A stretch of DNA of 64,000 nt. Source: Catajapyx aquilonaris (taxonomy: Eukaryota). The translations under genes and the position numbers were made by a program. Shown one piece after another: positions 25,901-38,881 of the stretch (its first letter is position 1; each line of letters opens with the position of its first letter). The notes below the pieces were generated by a model. The model was given only the letters and a program-made list of their open reading frames with translations. It ran no database searches and had not been told where the DNA came from. The DNA lies in NCBI GenBank assembly GCA_000934665.2, contig KZ538082.1, positions 1 to 64,000 of the forward strand. The letters run 5' to 3'.

Positions 25901-28900
25901 ACGAGTGCGCTGCATCTACTATTAATATTCCCAAGTGAAAGTGAATGCTCGCTCCTCTCTGTACATAATACCACCCATGAACATAGCATGTACTTCCTGT
26001 CACTCGGCATTTCTTCGTCCCCTCTTCAATGTACTAAACCTTTTCCAGCCATAAGCCAGGAATTCCAGTGTCCACACGAGTTCGGCTTCTACCCACACCC
26101 AAGATCATGCGACAAGTACTGGAAGTGCGACGCAGGAGTCGCAGATCTCAAGACATGCGGAAACGGACTTGCCTTCGACAACAGCGACCCAAAGTTCCTG
26201 ACCGAAAACTGCGACTATCTCCACAACGTCGATTGTGGAGATAGGACACAACTTGGTAAAATATTTAAAAAAAAATAACATTGCATGTTTTTTTTCAGTA
26301 TGGTCTACGGACATGGTTGCTTTTTCTTGGGGGCTTCTACTAACATTGCGAATGGGTGTGATTGTGTTCATATGTGACATGACCCACTGTGCCCATCCCG
26401 TTACCGTCCTTGAACCCTATGTGGACGGCGGCGTTTTCAAAATCGGCCTGAGGAATTGCTTCGGGAAATCAGCAGGGTGAAATCGGGGCAAGGTTGACAG
26501 AGTTTCCTTTTCCTTATTCTTTTTTATCCACCTCTCCCTCTCACCTGAGGGGGCTCCACCTTAATTTGGGCAAATAGGAAACACACCTGGGAGCCAGACG
26601 GCCACATTTCACGAACTTGTTTCTAACCTTGCTGGGTCGACTTTCGTCCCGACTATTATTATTATTGAGCGTATGTTCACATACATTTTTTTTTTAATTG
26701 GGCGGAGGCTATGGCGATTTTATTGCGCGTGGCAAGTAGGCGTGAACTGATCGTGAGTAAGGAAATGCATTATTTGAAGCAATACAGAACTTGCAGTCTG
26801 TTAATTTATTATTACATAAAATCACCGCATTAATATTTAAAAAGTGCCCAAGGTGAGCTTCTTCTGAAATCAGTAGCAGTGTCTGGCTTCTGTTAAATCT
26901 TCAGGATCACTGTTTCGCTCCAGATACATAAAGCAGATGGCGATAAACATCCAAAAATGACCAGTTAACAAGAAGGGCGTTTTCAATCTCGGCCCACTTA
27001 CGGTACCGTACTCAACTGTTTCACCGTTACGTTGGTGGTGAAGGACGAAAGGAAGGAAAGAGAATCGGAAAACATGGTCAACACCCTTGTAGAAACCGAA
27101 AGTGGCTCAATGCCAAGGCCATCTTTCTCTTTGGCATCCACCTAGAGAAAGGGGGTTACTTTTCCCCGTGGTCCAGATGGTTACGTTTTCCATTTCACGC
27201 ATGATGGATGGATGCGCCGTCTTCCATACAACTTGTGTACGTGTTACACTGCCCCATCCTCATTCCTACATGACCAACAACCCATGACAGCTCAGGACAG
27301 ATTTGGCACATATGTAAATTGGTGTGGGTCATCACAGTTAGGCGCACCGCTGGACAGCGGCTCAGAGACACATTCCAGTGTCCAGAGGCCTACGGCTTCT
27401 TTCCTCACCATCAGCAGTGCGACAAGTACTGGGAATGTGCAGAGGGAGAAGCGACATTGCGCTTGTGTCCTAATGGACTCGTCTTTGATACACGCAACTA
27501 TGGAATAGATGAATGCAACTATATGCACACTGTTGATTGTCAGGGCAGAAATCAGCTTGGTAAGTTGTGGTGGAGGGTAATTTGCAGGTGACATTGTCAG
27601 GTACGTATACACATTAAATTGGGGACAGTACATGCTTTCCATTCTTTTGGGTCGTGGTATGTGGTAATGGTTGTAGAATCGTAGTATGACTTATCGAAAA
27701 AGAACAACTTTTGTTGTCTGGTTATGGTGGACCTGACTGAACTGGAAAGTGACAGTAAAGTCTACCTTGACTTTGTTTTTCTTCTACAATACTTGCAGTA
27801 GTCGTTTTTATAGCATGTTTACAATGAGCGAACTTTTAAAAAAGTACACCGCATAACCTTTCACGTAATACTGTGGTAAATGCTTCATCATGCAGAAATT
27901 TTCTTGAAAAAAATTATAATCAGGTCATGGTAATGCCATTAGCCCATAACCAATCAACTATGCTATTAAACTCTACCTTCGGCTGCGGGTTATTAATTTT
28001 ACGAATATGCTGTTAATTTTTTGCATAGGCTACAGCCTTCACGATGCTCAGAAATAAACGTAATAAATGTAATGTTTGTGCGTATGAAAGTAACGTAAAT
28101 TTTTGTGAACAAACTATTCAGTAACTGTCGAGTCAGTAAGCAAATACATCTTGGAAACAATTTATTATGCCATTCAATTAATTTAATTGTGCACAGGGCA
28201 GAATTAATTAACGTTTCTTTCAACCCTGCAGAACCTCCAATTAGGACCACCAACTGCCCCCGTCTGTACGGAATCTTCCCCGACGAGGAGCGCTGCGATG
28301 TCTTCTGGAGCTGTTGGGACGGCGAGTCCAACAGGTACCAGTGCTCCCCTGGACTGGCCTACGACCGCGAGGCCCGCGTCTGCATGTGGGCCGACCAGGT
28401 CCCCGAATGCCGCCAAGATGGTGAGTGACAAATTAGAAGTTCATTCAGACTCTAACCATCCACGATGACCATCCCCCAGAGGCTGCTGGAGGATTCAAGT
28501 GCCCTGCTAACAGCGAGGCTGCAGCCGCCGGCACCTTCTCTCGTCACGCCCACCCAGATGATTGCAGAAAATACTTCATCTGTCTGAGCGGCAACCCCAG
28601 GGAATACGGATGCCCCATCGGCACCGTCTTCAAGATCGGAGATGATGAGTACAGCGGTTTTTGCACCGACCCAGAAGGCGTGACCGGATGGTGAGTCAGG
28701 CCTGTTCCATTGTAATAACCGGGAGCTAACCTGTTGTAATTATTTTAGCGAGGACTACTATGGCGACTTGGACCTGAAGAGCCTGAAGAAGAGCGAACTT
28801 CTTCTGGGTCTTGAAGGCGAGGTGAGCAGCAGGCCCGCCCCGAAGCCAATCCTCCGCCGAAAGGAACTCCGACCTGTGCAGACAACACCTCCACCACCTC

Positions 28901-29220
28901 CACCACCACCAACCCCATCACCACAGAGACAACCATCTCGTGTCTCTCCAGCCCTGTCTCGCCCAACATCCAGCCCCCTTCGCCCCGTGGCCAGACCCCC
29001 TCCACCACCGCCAGCACCACAGGCCTCAGCGACTCCGACCATCCTTCGCCCGTCTGTTCTCCGCAACGACAGGCCCGCACCGACGCTGCCAGCCCCTGCA
29101 CCCACCTCCCGCACCGCCTCGTCACTCACCCCCAGCTCTGCCACCAGGGCCTCACCAGCTGCCACTAGTGACAAGCCCACAGAGATCAACGACGAGTACT
29201 ACTACTATGACGACCAGTAG
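22937..29220 (+). CDS. Gasp: Gasp / obstructor-C / CPAP3-C, secreted chitin-binding protein with a Pro/Ser/Thr-rich tail
   Basis: Exons 22937-22982 (MNRPILLVLLGVLGS), 26049-26255, 28232-28420, 28480-28690 and 28749-29220. Diagnostic Gasp motifs: SCDKYWKCD..LKTCGNGLAFD..TENCDYLHNVDCGDRT, LYGIFPDE.CDVFW..RYQCSPGLAYDREARVCMWADQVPEC, FSRHAHP.DCRKY..EYGCPIGTVFKIGD and CEDYYGDLDLKS. Confidence 0.95.
27338..27559 (+). CDS. Gasp: Second (alternative) domain-1 exon of Gasp
   Basis: 222-nt phase-1/phase-1 exon: FQCPEAYGFFPHHQQCDKYWECAEGEATLRLCPNGLVFDTRNYGIDECNYMHTVDCQGRNQL. Intact 6 Cys; donor G|GTAAGT at the same position as in exon 26049-26255. The acceptor (CACAG) has a weak pyrimidine tract; an alternative same-phase AG lies at 27294-95. 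Confidence 0.8.
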
Positions 29221-30939
29221 ATGTTGCTGCCAACTTGAACTTTACAGGTGTCAACAGAGGGTGGTTTCACATCTGATTTCTGGTGTACCAAATCGTGTGT
29301 GAAACCACTCGGATTAATATGACGTGATGACAGACAATACCTGCCCACTACATGTGAGATATCTAAGATAGAGACTGGCATGAGATTCTCGCTGACTTGC
29401 CATGCCACAGACATGCGTAGTCGCATTAGACATTGACAATATTTAACTGATGGACCAAACTTGCTACTGTTTGTTGTGTGGCTCACATTATTGTAGTTAA
29501 CGTGACACTTGTTACACAGCCGCGTTCAGTACGGCGTCGATCGACGCTAGTTATAATTTTGTACCACAAATCTAAACTTGGTGTCTTCGGCATGTGCGTG
29601 CTCTGCCCCCTTCTTATGGGTGTGTTAAAAAATTTCAAGAACAAAGTTTATTGGGAGGTTGCGTTTCAAGAAAATGTCTCTCTCTCAGCAACCCCACCTT
29701 TTTCCATCAACTTCCCACCCCATTACTCCGCCCCCGGATGCCTGAATACATGACCACAAAAAATGACGGTCTGGCCCTTTTTTGTGTTTTTTTTGGAGAT
29801 GGCCATTATACAGAGACAAGGAGCTGCCCAAAGTCGGATAGTTGAGAACCAGAAGTCATCCATCATAAGGAGATGGGCTTTTGTTATCTGTCTCTTAATG
29901 GACTGACAAATACATCTTTCTTCGTCTCCGAAGACATGGAAGGGTAGATCCTGGACACATTTTTTTTTTCAAAAAGAAGTTGGCCTATTATGAGCGGACA
30001 TTATCTCTTATCATCAGTCCCATAATTTTTTGTACGCATTTTTTGTCTATTTCTCATTTTGAATAGAAAAAAGAATGTGAGGTATTGTTGCAAGTTGTGA
30101 TGTATGAATCTGCATGTTTTTGTAAATAAATGTGATTCAAAATTTTTGCGCTTTTATTCTTCTTGTGTTTCCTAAACATTTGCACATCTTGTTAAATTTT
30201 GTGTAGGTATATTCGTGTGCCCAACCACTGCACCTCACAGGTCCTGCGTTAATGATGGTTTTTGTCAAATGGAAAGTGAGTATTACAATATTGACATCTT
30301 TCAACGAGTAATCAACATATCAGTAAAATTCTGTGGTGCTGAGGTACGGCATGGATTAGAATGTTTCGCAGCAAACATTGCGTACAGCAGAAGAATATGA
30401 GCACAAGGTGTTTGTAAAGCAATTGGCTACATTACAGAGATCTGAAATCTCTGTGATCAGAGTGACATTCGAATGATGTTGAGGTATGAAGGTTTGAATT
30501 GTGATGATTGAATTGACTCTAGTGGGATCATGCTTTGTCACAAATTCTATGTTACGTACTGTAATTGACGGCCTTTTCGCAAAACAACTGTACTGTAAGT
30601 TTATGCCAAAAATATTCGAAAATGGGTTTTTCGATATTTCATGTATTTCCCACGCTGGAGAATAAACTCTTACGCAAAAATCACACATGTCTGCCAAGAA
30701 ACGAGCCTTTGAAAATTTGACTTGCACAATGACAGCCCCCTTTAAATTTGTTTATGATGTTTTGTTTTGTTCAGTTATTTCAATAGGCATGACTGTGGAA
30801 ATGCCACTTATTTGTTGCACTCAATAATTTAATACATGTCATCAGGAACGTATCAATAAATCTCTGAATTTTCGACTTGCAGATAAGTTATAAAATGTCA
30901 AAAAAGGCTGCAAATTCTACGCGGCTATAATATTGTTAT

Positions 30940-31600
30940 GGCAGCCTATATACAACTGACGCTTGGACATCAGAAAGTACACTTTGAGGACTGTAATACC
31001 CAGCGACCAACTCAGTTTCACGCCCTACATGATTACGATTGTTCCGCTGTATTCAGGTATTCGCGGACTGCCTTATTCAAAAAATTGTGGAATTTTTTCT
31101 CCGAGTTTTCTAGGACAGGCCATCCAAGAATTCCATAATGACTGTCACACCTCATTGTGTACTCATTTAGAACATATTAAAATCTGCAATGCCACCATTA
31201 TCTGCACGCAGAGGATTGTAGCACCATTACTGCTTGGGAATGTTGTAAATAAAGTAGGCCTGATGATGCACTGCAGTGGTGTAAAAAGCACTACTGCTTA
31301 TATATTGCGCGAATGTGAAATGTGTAAACGGTAAACGTATTATTTGATGGACTGGTCATCCTTGTTCACCTTTTGATAGGCAAAAGACTATTTTACTTTC
31401 TCTTGTGCGATTAAGACAGGCCATTGGCCTCGTCCAACATGAATACATATTTGGGCAAAGCTGTCTACATGTGTAAAGCAGCCAATTACTTACTGTTTTT
31501 GCATATTCACCACATTCTTCTTTATCCACCAACCTTTAGTAATACGAGTGTGTAGCAATTTTTAATTTGCCCAATGATGATTATAGGTCATTACAAACAG
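30940..31600 (+). mobile_element. Possible highly degenerate Mutator/MULE transposase relic
   Basis: Collinear weak motifs YTLRTVIPSDQL, FHALHD..SAVF..RTALFKKLW, RG..HHYC, AIGLVQHEYI and LYPP, echoing MULE DGTF..QL.TIH..P.vf / GC.FHY / AL.fvP. Confidence 0.3.
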
Positions 31601-34462
31601 GATATACATGACCAATGTGAGGAGAAGCGAAAATCTATTGCACGTGGAATGGAAAAAATAATGCACCTTCCAGAACGAAATTATTATTTTAAGTACCGTA
31701 TGTACAATTTTAATATTCTGAATGAAGAAAAATTGCAATTGCTCATCAGTATATTCCATATTAATGAAATATTTGCATAATTATATTATAGAACAAAGTA
31801 TACACTACATTTTGTCTTATTATTTACATGTAAAATTCAATTAATTCATCCAACTAACTGCTTCAGGAGGTTTCATTAACTATTTGAAATCAGCAATTTA
31901 ATATCGCATCATTTGACGTCAGAGTTACTGCATGCATGATCAAAGTTATATTTTCTACTTATAGGTGATGTAAAATTACAGCCCCTCTTTTAACCCAATT
32001 CCTTCTAGGCATCTAGGGTGTTGCAATTAAAGAATAATATCACAGAGGCAGGGTCAAAATGCATCCTGGTTGTAACACACGTTACTATCACTTTATTGCT
32101 TTTTAGAGAGTGTTTTCCCGCAGTTGTGAGAATTTAGATGACTTTAGCAAAGGCAAACTTGCCTGCAACTGGGCTTGCATCCAGATAAAAACTTGTCCTT
32201 TGGAGGAATTTCTTTTGGTCCTGGCATTGGATTTTCTATTCACTTCTCTCGTAAATTCCAGAACCTGTTCACAATGGAATTTTTCCTGGAACAAACTCGG
32301 CTACAGGTTCTATTGTAAAAGCATGCAAAATAACCAATACACCCATTCACACAGATCTGGCAGTATCAAAGTGAAAAATGTTGAATTTGGCGTGGGTTTA
32401 GGCATGTAGTCAACCCTCTACATGTGGAGTATCTTCAATCACGAGAAGAATATTTATATTCTTCAGAGGGTGTAACAAGCGAAACAACGGCACAGCAATT
32501 TCGTTTTAGAAATCCTCATACCACCCAGTGTAATAGTAGTTTTCCTTATATGGGAAGCTATTGAATATTCGGTTTAATAATAGTTTCAAAGAGTGGATTA
32601 CTATTTTCGTAATAACTATACGTCCTTCGCGATGCAGAGTGGCTTGGTCATGCTTGAATTCTGTCGGAAGAATAGTTGGTGATTTGTGAAGGCCAACTTC
32701 ATCCAGATCGTGGAATGTCATGGCCCGCTCCTCTATTTTATTGCATGACATGCGAAAGAATCCAGTCAACCAGATCCCGTTGTCTGCAGTGATTTTTGCC
32801 ATCTTTATTTTCGTCCCATTTCTTTTATAGATCCATCTCTTGTCAACATGTCCTGTTTATGTCGATGAACAGTTGTCAGTGTACCGTAAAAATTATATAA
32901 ATAGCCCTGTAGCTCTGAATACCGTAAGATAAAGTTTAAATATAACAGAGTGTATTCTGATTTTTCAAAACATTGTTTTTTTGAATGTTTTGCCAGTGTA
33001 AATGTGTGTACAAAAGCTCGCCTAGCTGCACCTTTTATCTTATATGTGTAGGCCTATACAAAGAGCAAGAAGACAGATGACGTTCTAGTAAAATTTTAGG
33101 TTTTGTAGAACAACAAAAATAAATTTTGTTCAACTTATTAGGCAATCCATTTGCACGAATGAAAGTAACATCATTTTCCTGCTTGATGGTGAAAGGACAT
33201 GCAGGCTGAAACATTTGCCATCATTATCATCATCGAAAACAACAGCAAAAAAACAACGAAAAAATATTACGCATGACCCTACACAAAAACCTACCTTCAA
33301 TTATTGCATGAAAATGCCTGCTAATGTGTCAGTTTAATTTTAATATTTCAATAAAAATGTCAAGGCTTCAGATTGATTTGACAGTAGGCTATTTCAATAA
33401 AATATTTTGCGGAACTGATATGAAATCAATCAAGAAATGTTGAATACTTGTATACGTAGAACAGAGTTCTATTAATATTGTTATTTTTATTATCGCTCTA
33501 GAGTTTTCAAAAATTCACAACTCCTGACACATACTTTTTGCAGAGTGATATTTACAGCTGATGAGACGTGCAGCAGAATAGATAAAATATATACATAACA
33601 TTTTAATGACTCAGACTGGGTTGCGCGCGTTATTTTTACACTCGCCATATGCAGATGGCTATAATACAGTGTCCTTGTTTTCACCTCATTTTCTTTTTAT
33701 AGGCCGTTTGCGGAAGGTACATACCAAATGACTAGTAAAAATCTCGAAGATTTACGATACGGAAACAAGTGTCGCGGAATAACAAAACATCAAGTGCGGG
33801 CACGTGATATTATGTAACCGAGCCCATAGGTTTCTCTTGGCCCACCTGACCCATGATTAAAAGACATCACCTGTCAAAGACTCTCCTCTTAGGCAACTAG
33901 CCCTATAACTTTCTTTCACCGCCGCATCCGACCCCCTCACCTGCATACCACCAACAACAAAAACCAGATTCTCAAAACCAAACAAGATCGTCTGGAATAA
34001 TTGCCCACATTTCTCACACATAACAAACGTGGTGCCGATCAGTTTCGAAGTGTCACATAATATTTAGCGACGTGTCGGTATGTTACACAGGGTGCAAGTT
34101 TTTTTGATTCTCATCGTAGATGGCTATAGACACGATCCTAAAAGTAGGATGGCAGGTTCCCCCTCGGGGTACCCTCAAGCCTTTCACTTTCGAAGGGGAG
34201 TTACATAGTTTGTCTAGCTCATCTCACCTGTGCTGCTTCTTCCTGCTGCGGGCAGGTGGTCACATGGGGGAGAGGGGCAGGTTGTTGAGAAGGTGAAGGG
34301 GTGGGTGAGAGAGGGAGAGAGAGAGAGAAAGAAGAAAAAAAAGAAGAAAGAAAAGACGACCCCCTCCTCGGAGGCTTGCATACTCATATCTCTGGCTGCT
34401 TCTTCGTTTGGAGCACATTGTGTACTGTGGAGCTTCGGTGGTTGCTGCCCACGTGTATCATC

Positions 34463-37439
34463 ATGTACTTCGCCGTACTCACCTTGGTCCTCTTCGGATC
34501 TTCAGGTATGGGAGTCTGCCTGTATACGGGTCAAGTGGAAGGGGATGTTGGTTTTTGCTACTTGTTTTGATGTTTTGATCGTTCGATGCCCATTAGTATG
34601 TCAGCATGGATTTTCGTATCTTTTGAGAATCTGCCAAATAGTTACATTGTGCTCAGGTCATGCAATATTTAACCAGCCAAATGAATTACTTGAATTTTGA
34701 GCGCAGTTATTTTGAAATGATTTTCTTAGCCATATGCCCCCGAAGAAAACCCAGATTCTAATGACAGACAATATACTACCTAATCTCACGATTCAATTAT
34801 TTTGAATTGACAAGCTACTGATAAAGTATTGGTACTCGAACTGGTCCTGCATTACGCGTTCTATATATTTAAAAGAAACTCCAGGTTATTGTTTACTACG
34901 TGCCTACCTAATTTCTCATGATTATTCAACTCACAGAAAAATAATAACCAGAATTATAGTCTGATGCAAAAATCTAAGAGTAAATAATGATCATCAATAA
35001 TAATTGCACAAAAATCGGAATTGTGAGACCTTTACCAGAATTTTTAAATTAATTTGAGCTTACATATCACGCAACCGCGCTTAAGGAAAGGGATTTCGCA
35101 TTAACTTGTAAGTATATTTATTTGCATTATTCCAAGGCGGTGTCTTTTTTTGCATTGAACAAATATTTAAATGCTAAAGAGCAGGAAGGGAAAAAGGAGT
35201 ACTCAGCGGTCACTTTGCATTCTTTATGCGTTTAGTGCCTGTAGCTAAGCGATGCTGTAAATTATCCATAAATTGCACCGCACATAGGCTAGAAAAGGAG
35301 AAACTAAATGACACAGAAACATCTCTATGGCGTGTGCAGTTGCAAGTATTATCTCATGCAAAACTGCTCACACACTAACCGATTGTTATGATACTTATCA
35401 ACAAGACAGTGCTTGATAATAATTTATTATGCATCACTGCTCTCTGTAATCCAGCTTTGCTGACTCCATTAAGCCAAGTAATCCAGCAAACTGGATTCGG
35501 TGTGAAAGTTAGACCCTTCTTAAGATCTCCCCCACCGCACACACTTCCTCTATAGCTGAAAATGTTCACTTAAGCCCACCCCTTTCACCAACCACATTTT
35601 ACATTTTTGTCTCAGTCTCGCACGAGAGCCATAAAACGCCAGGCATTTCCCTCCAGGAAGAAGATGTCTTGACGCAACAGAAATTATTGTATTATTCAAC
35701 CACACGAGAGGCTGTTGAGAGAGAGATGCCAAGGACATCATTTCTGTTTGGCCCCTCTTTTGCAAGGCTCGGGAGCCAACACTTTCACCCAAATATCCCC
35801 CGGGCTACTCACTTTGCATTAATGGGTGCCACCTTTTCTGCGAATCATCGCGTCCTTCATTTCTCTGGATTCTTACCAGAAAATTTTTGTAAACCAGTAC
35901 ATGCCTCGTGGATTATTCATGCGACCTGTTATGTGCACCCCCCCACAGAACTAGAAACCGACTTGGAGGATCGCTTTTGGATGGGACGAGTAACATACAA
36001 ACACACACTCAAGCTGGGAAGTGGGTTATACCAGTTTTTTTCGATCCCAATTTAAAGTTTCACTTTCATCAGAGGACCGCTTGTTTAGAAAGGCCACTAA
36101 ATTATGCACGAGAAAAAAAATATTGGAAAGGAATTAATGGGTGAAGAATGGACCTTGAAGATGATACTGCCCGGCCATGGTTCCTCGTGGTTGATCTCCT
36201 TGACCTCTGGAGAGAGGTGGAAGCCCCTTCGATGAGATTCCAGTCTAATAGGGTTTTGTCACGAACACCTTAAAAAGAAACTACATGAGATGCATGCATC
36301 TAGGCCTCCAGCTCATGTATAATTATGAATGATCGAAGACATCCTGCGATAGTCATTTTTTAATAAATGATTGATGTTATTGTTCCAGTTTTGGCTCAGC
36401 AATCTTGCAAAGATGAAGGGCTGTTTCCGGACCAAGAGCAATGTGACGCATACATTGAGTGTCGTAATGGAGTATCTGAAAGGAAGCTGTGCCCTGAAGG
36501 TCTAGTCTTTGATGACCGCTGGAACCATTTTAGATACCCCTGCAGCTACCCTGTGGACGTGGATTGCGGCTCCAGAAAACGGCTACGTAAGTTGGATACC
36601 TTCCTATCACGTACGACCTTCGACTGATTTATTTCAGGTTGTGAGACGTTACCTGTGTTTACGGACCTGACTGTTACCAATTTTTTACCTGTCTTGAAAT
36701 CGACTCTTAACCTTCAGAAGAAAAGCTGAAGAGTGAAATATAACCAAGGACATTTCCTATATACACTGCCGTTAAGCGAAGGGTAGCTCTTGAAATGTCA
36801 ATATTTGACCTTCCAGAGCCTCCTCAGCCTACAGCGCAATGCCCTCATCAGTATGGGATGTTCAGAGCTAGCGATTCACCTGCGGACTGCGGTACATTTA
36901 TGAACTGCGTAGGAGGTGTCGCCTTTCGAATCAACTGCCCTGAAGGACTGGCTTTCAGCGAGGAGCGACTCAGTTGTCTCTGGCCTGACGAGGTGACCAC
37001 CTGCGATACTAAAGGTCAGGGTTATTTCAACAGACGTAGACATGTACGTGATGAAATATTCACACCCACACGTTGTTTTTTTGCGCAGCCTTCTTAGGAC
37101 TGGAATGCCCCGGTCAGACTAACTGGTTGGAACTGATTCTGAAGGGACATCCAAGGTTCGCCCATCCTGAGGATTGTCGTCGGTTCTTCACTTGCGTCAA
37201 CGGCAGAAGTCCTCGCATTCATGTTTGCGGGGAAGGATTCGTATACAACCAGAAAATCCTAACTTGCGATGATCCTGAGAATGTTCCAGGATGGTATGAC
37301 CCTATTTCATTTATTTTGCAACGTAACATGCTGTGACATATTTATTTTTATTCTTAGCGAGAAGTTCTACCCTCAAGAGATTCTGGATGCCGTGAGGAAA
37401 CTTGCGCGATTCCGAGAGGAAGACAACCAGCTGAAGTAA
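34463..37439 (+). CDS. obst-E: Obstructor-E / CPAP3-E
   Basis: Exons 34463-34505 (signal peptide), 36389-36586, 36817-37014, 37089-37293 and 37358-37439. Motifs QCDAYIEC..KLCPEGL.F..YPCSYPVDVDC, CPHQYG..CG.FMNC..CPEGLAF..WPDEV..CD.KAFLG and CVNGRSPR..CGEG. Confidence 0.92.
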
Positions 37440-38881
37440 ACGGACTTTTATTTTGTACCTTATTGTGAAGCCATCATTGTTGTTGAGCGACATGTTGGAC
37501 TCTTTGCTCAAGTGTGCCAATAAGAAGAGAAGAAAAAAAAATAGGCATTAACATTTTTCCAGCGTAACAAATTTTCATTCCGCATTATAGAAGTAGGACA
37601 TTTGGTGTCGACACGCCGTTTTATAAGTAAAGAAAATAGATGTTGCGATGTAAAGTACCATGCTGAGCTTATTGCATGGTGTTCAACTTGATTTATCACT
37701 ACCAAATATGACAAGCACGTTTCAACCATGTCGTGACATCCTGTCTGATAACATATTCTTAAAGCCGATTGTGAAGAGCCGGAAGTGATCTGAACTACGT
37801 TTTTGTGTGCCAGCAATAAACCCTCATACCACAAATTGTGTTTGAGTGCACCAACAAGCCACGTTTTCTCCCTCCTAGACCTTGGGACCAAATGTGATCC
37901 TAATCGTGCCGCAACCATACTAGCTTACTTGCCTGGGAAAACGGCCTATACGCCAGGATGAATCGGCTTTCAATGTAGTGCAACTTTCCAATGTATGAAT
38001 GGAATATTCTGGTTTTGTTTACTCCGAAATTGTACTACATAATTTACTCCGCATTATTGTACACCTGCATGGCCTTTTCACATTTCAGTAACTAAATCAG
38101 ATGATTACACAGGCATATTTATATTGTTCCTTACTTTGAAATATACACATATTCCCATACAATGCTTAGTCTTTCACTGATTCAATATGGCAGCATCTGT
38201 ACATCACTTTCAGTCCATTTTGATTTCTAGCCGCACCATCCGTCGCCCGAAATCCCGTTATAAATAGGGCCTATCGGACATACCATCGAGTGACGACGAT
38301 GACACTTCCTCCTTTCATTTCGTGAGGGAAAGGCATAAGGACCGGGTGCTGTATTTTTAAGGGCATGCCACGCTGGTATTCACTCCATGGTGCCAGTACC
38401 ATAATTGAGGTCGATCTCCGCATCTCGACAAATATGATAATCCATTGCCCTCGTCGCGGTATACCTCTATGAACTTGTCCAGCCAGAAATCAACGTAGTA
38501 CTCCGGAAGTGTCGTCTTTCCTAGAACTATGTGGCCTGGCCACTTTGTAGAAAGCTCACGTCCTGTAATTCTTGGGGCGGGAAGCAAATAAGGCGGTAGC
38601 CGAAACCAAAGTAAGAAGGCCGTATCGCGTGAAGACAACAAGTTAACAGTGCAGCCACAGGTGGTGCAGGAGAAGGACGCGCCTTTAAAGTTCTTTGCCT
38701 GCCCTTGAAAGAGATAGCGACCAACAGAGTGAGAGAAAAGAAACATCGTCCCACAGGTAAATTGCATCGAGATAAGAAAGGTCCCGTTCAGAATTACTGG
38801 ATCTGGGTCAGTCAGCCGCTTACCTGGTGGTCACAGGCTCAAGAACAGCATACGGGCAGAGGAAGTTGTTGAGAGGACACC

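Noticed and set aside
28745..29302. Overlapping long ORFs on both strands
   Set aside because: Shadow frames of the C-rich, low-complexity last exon of Gasp.
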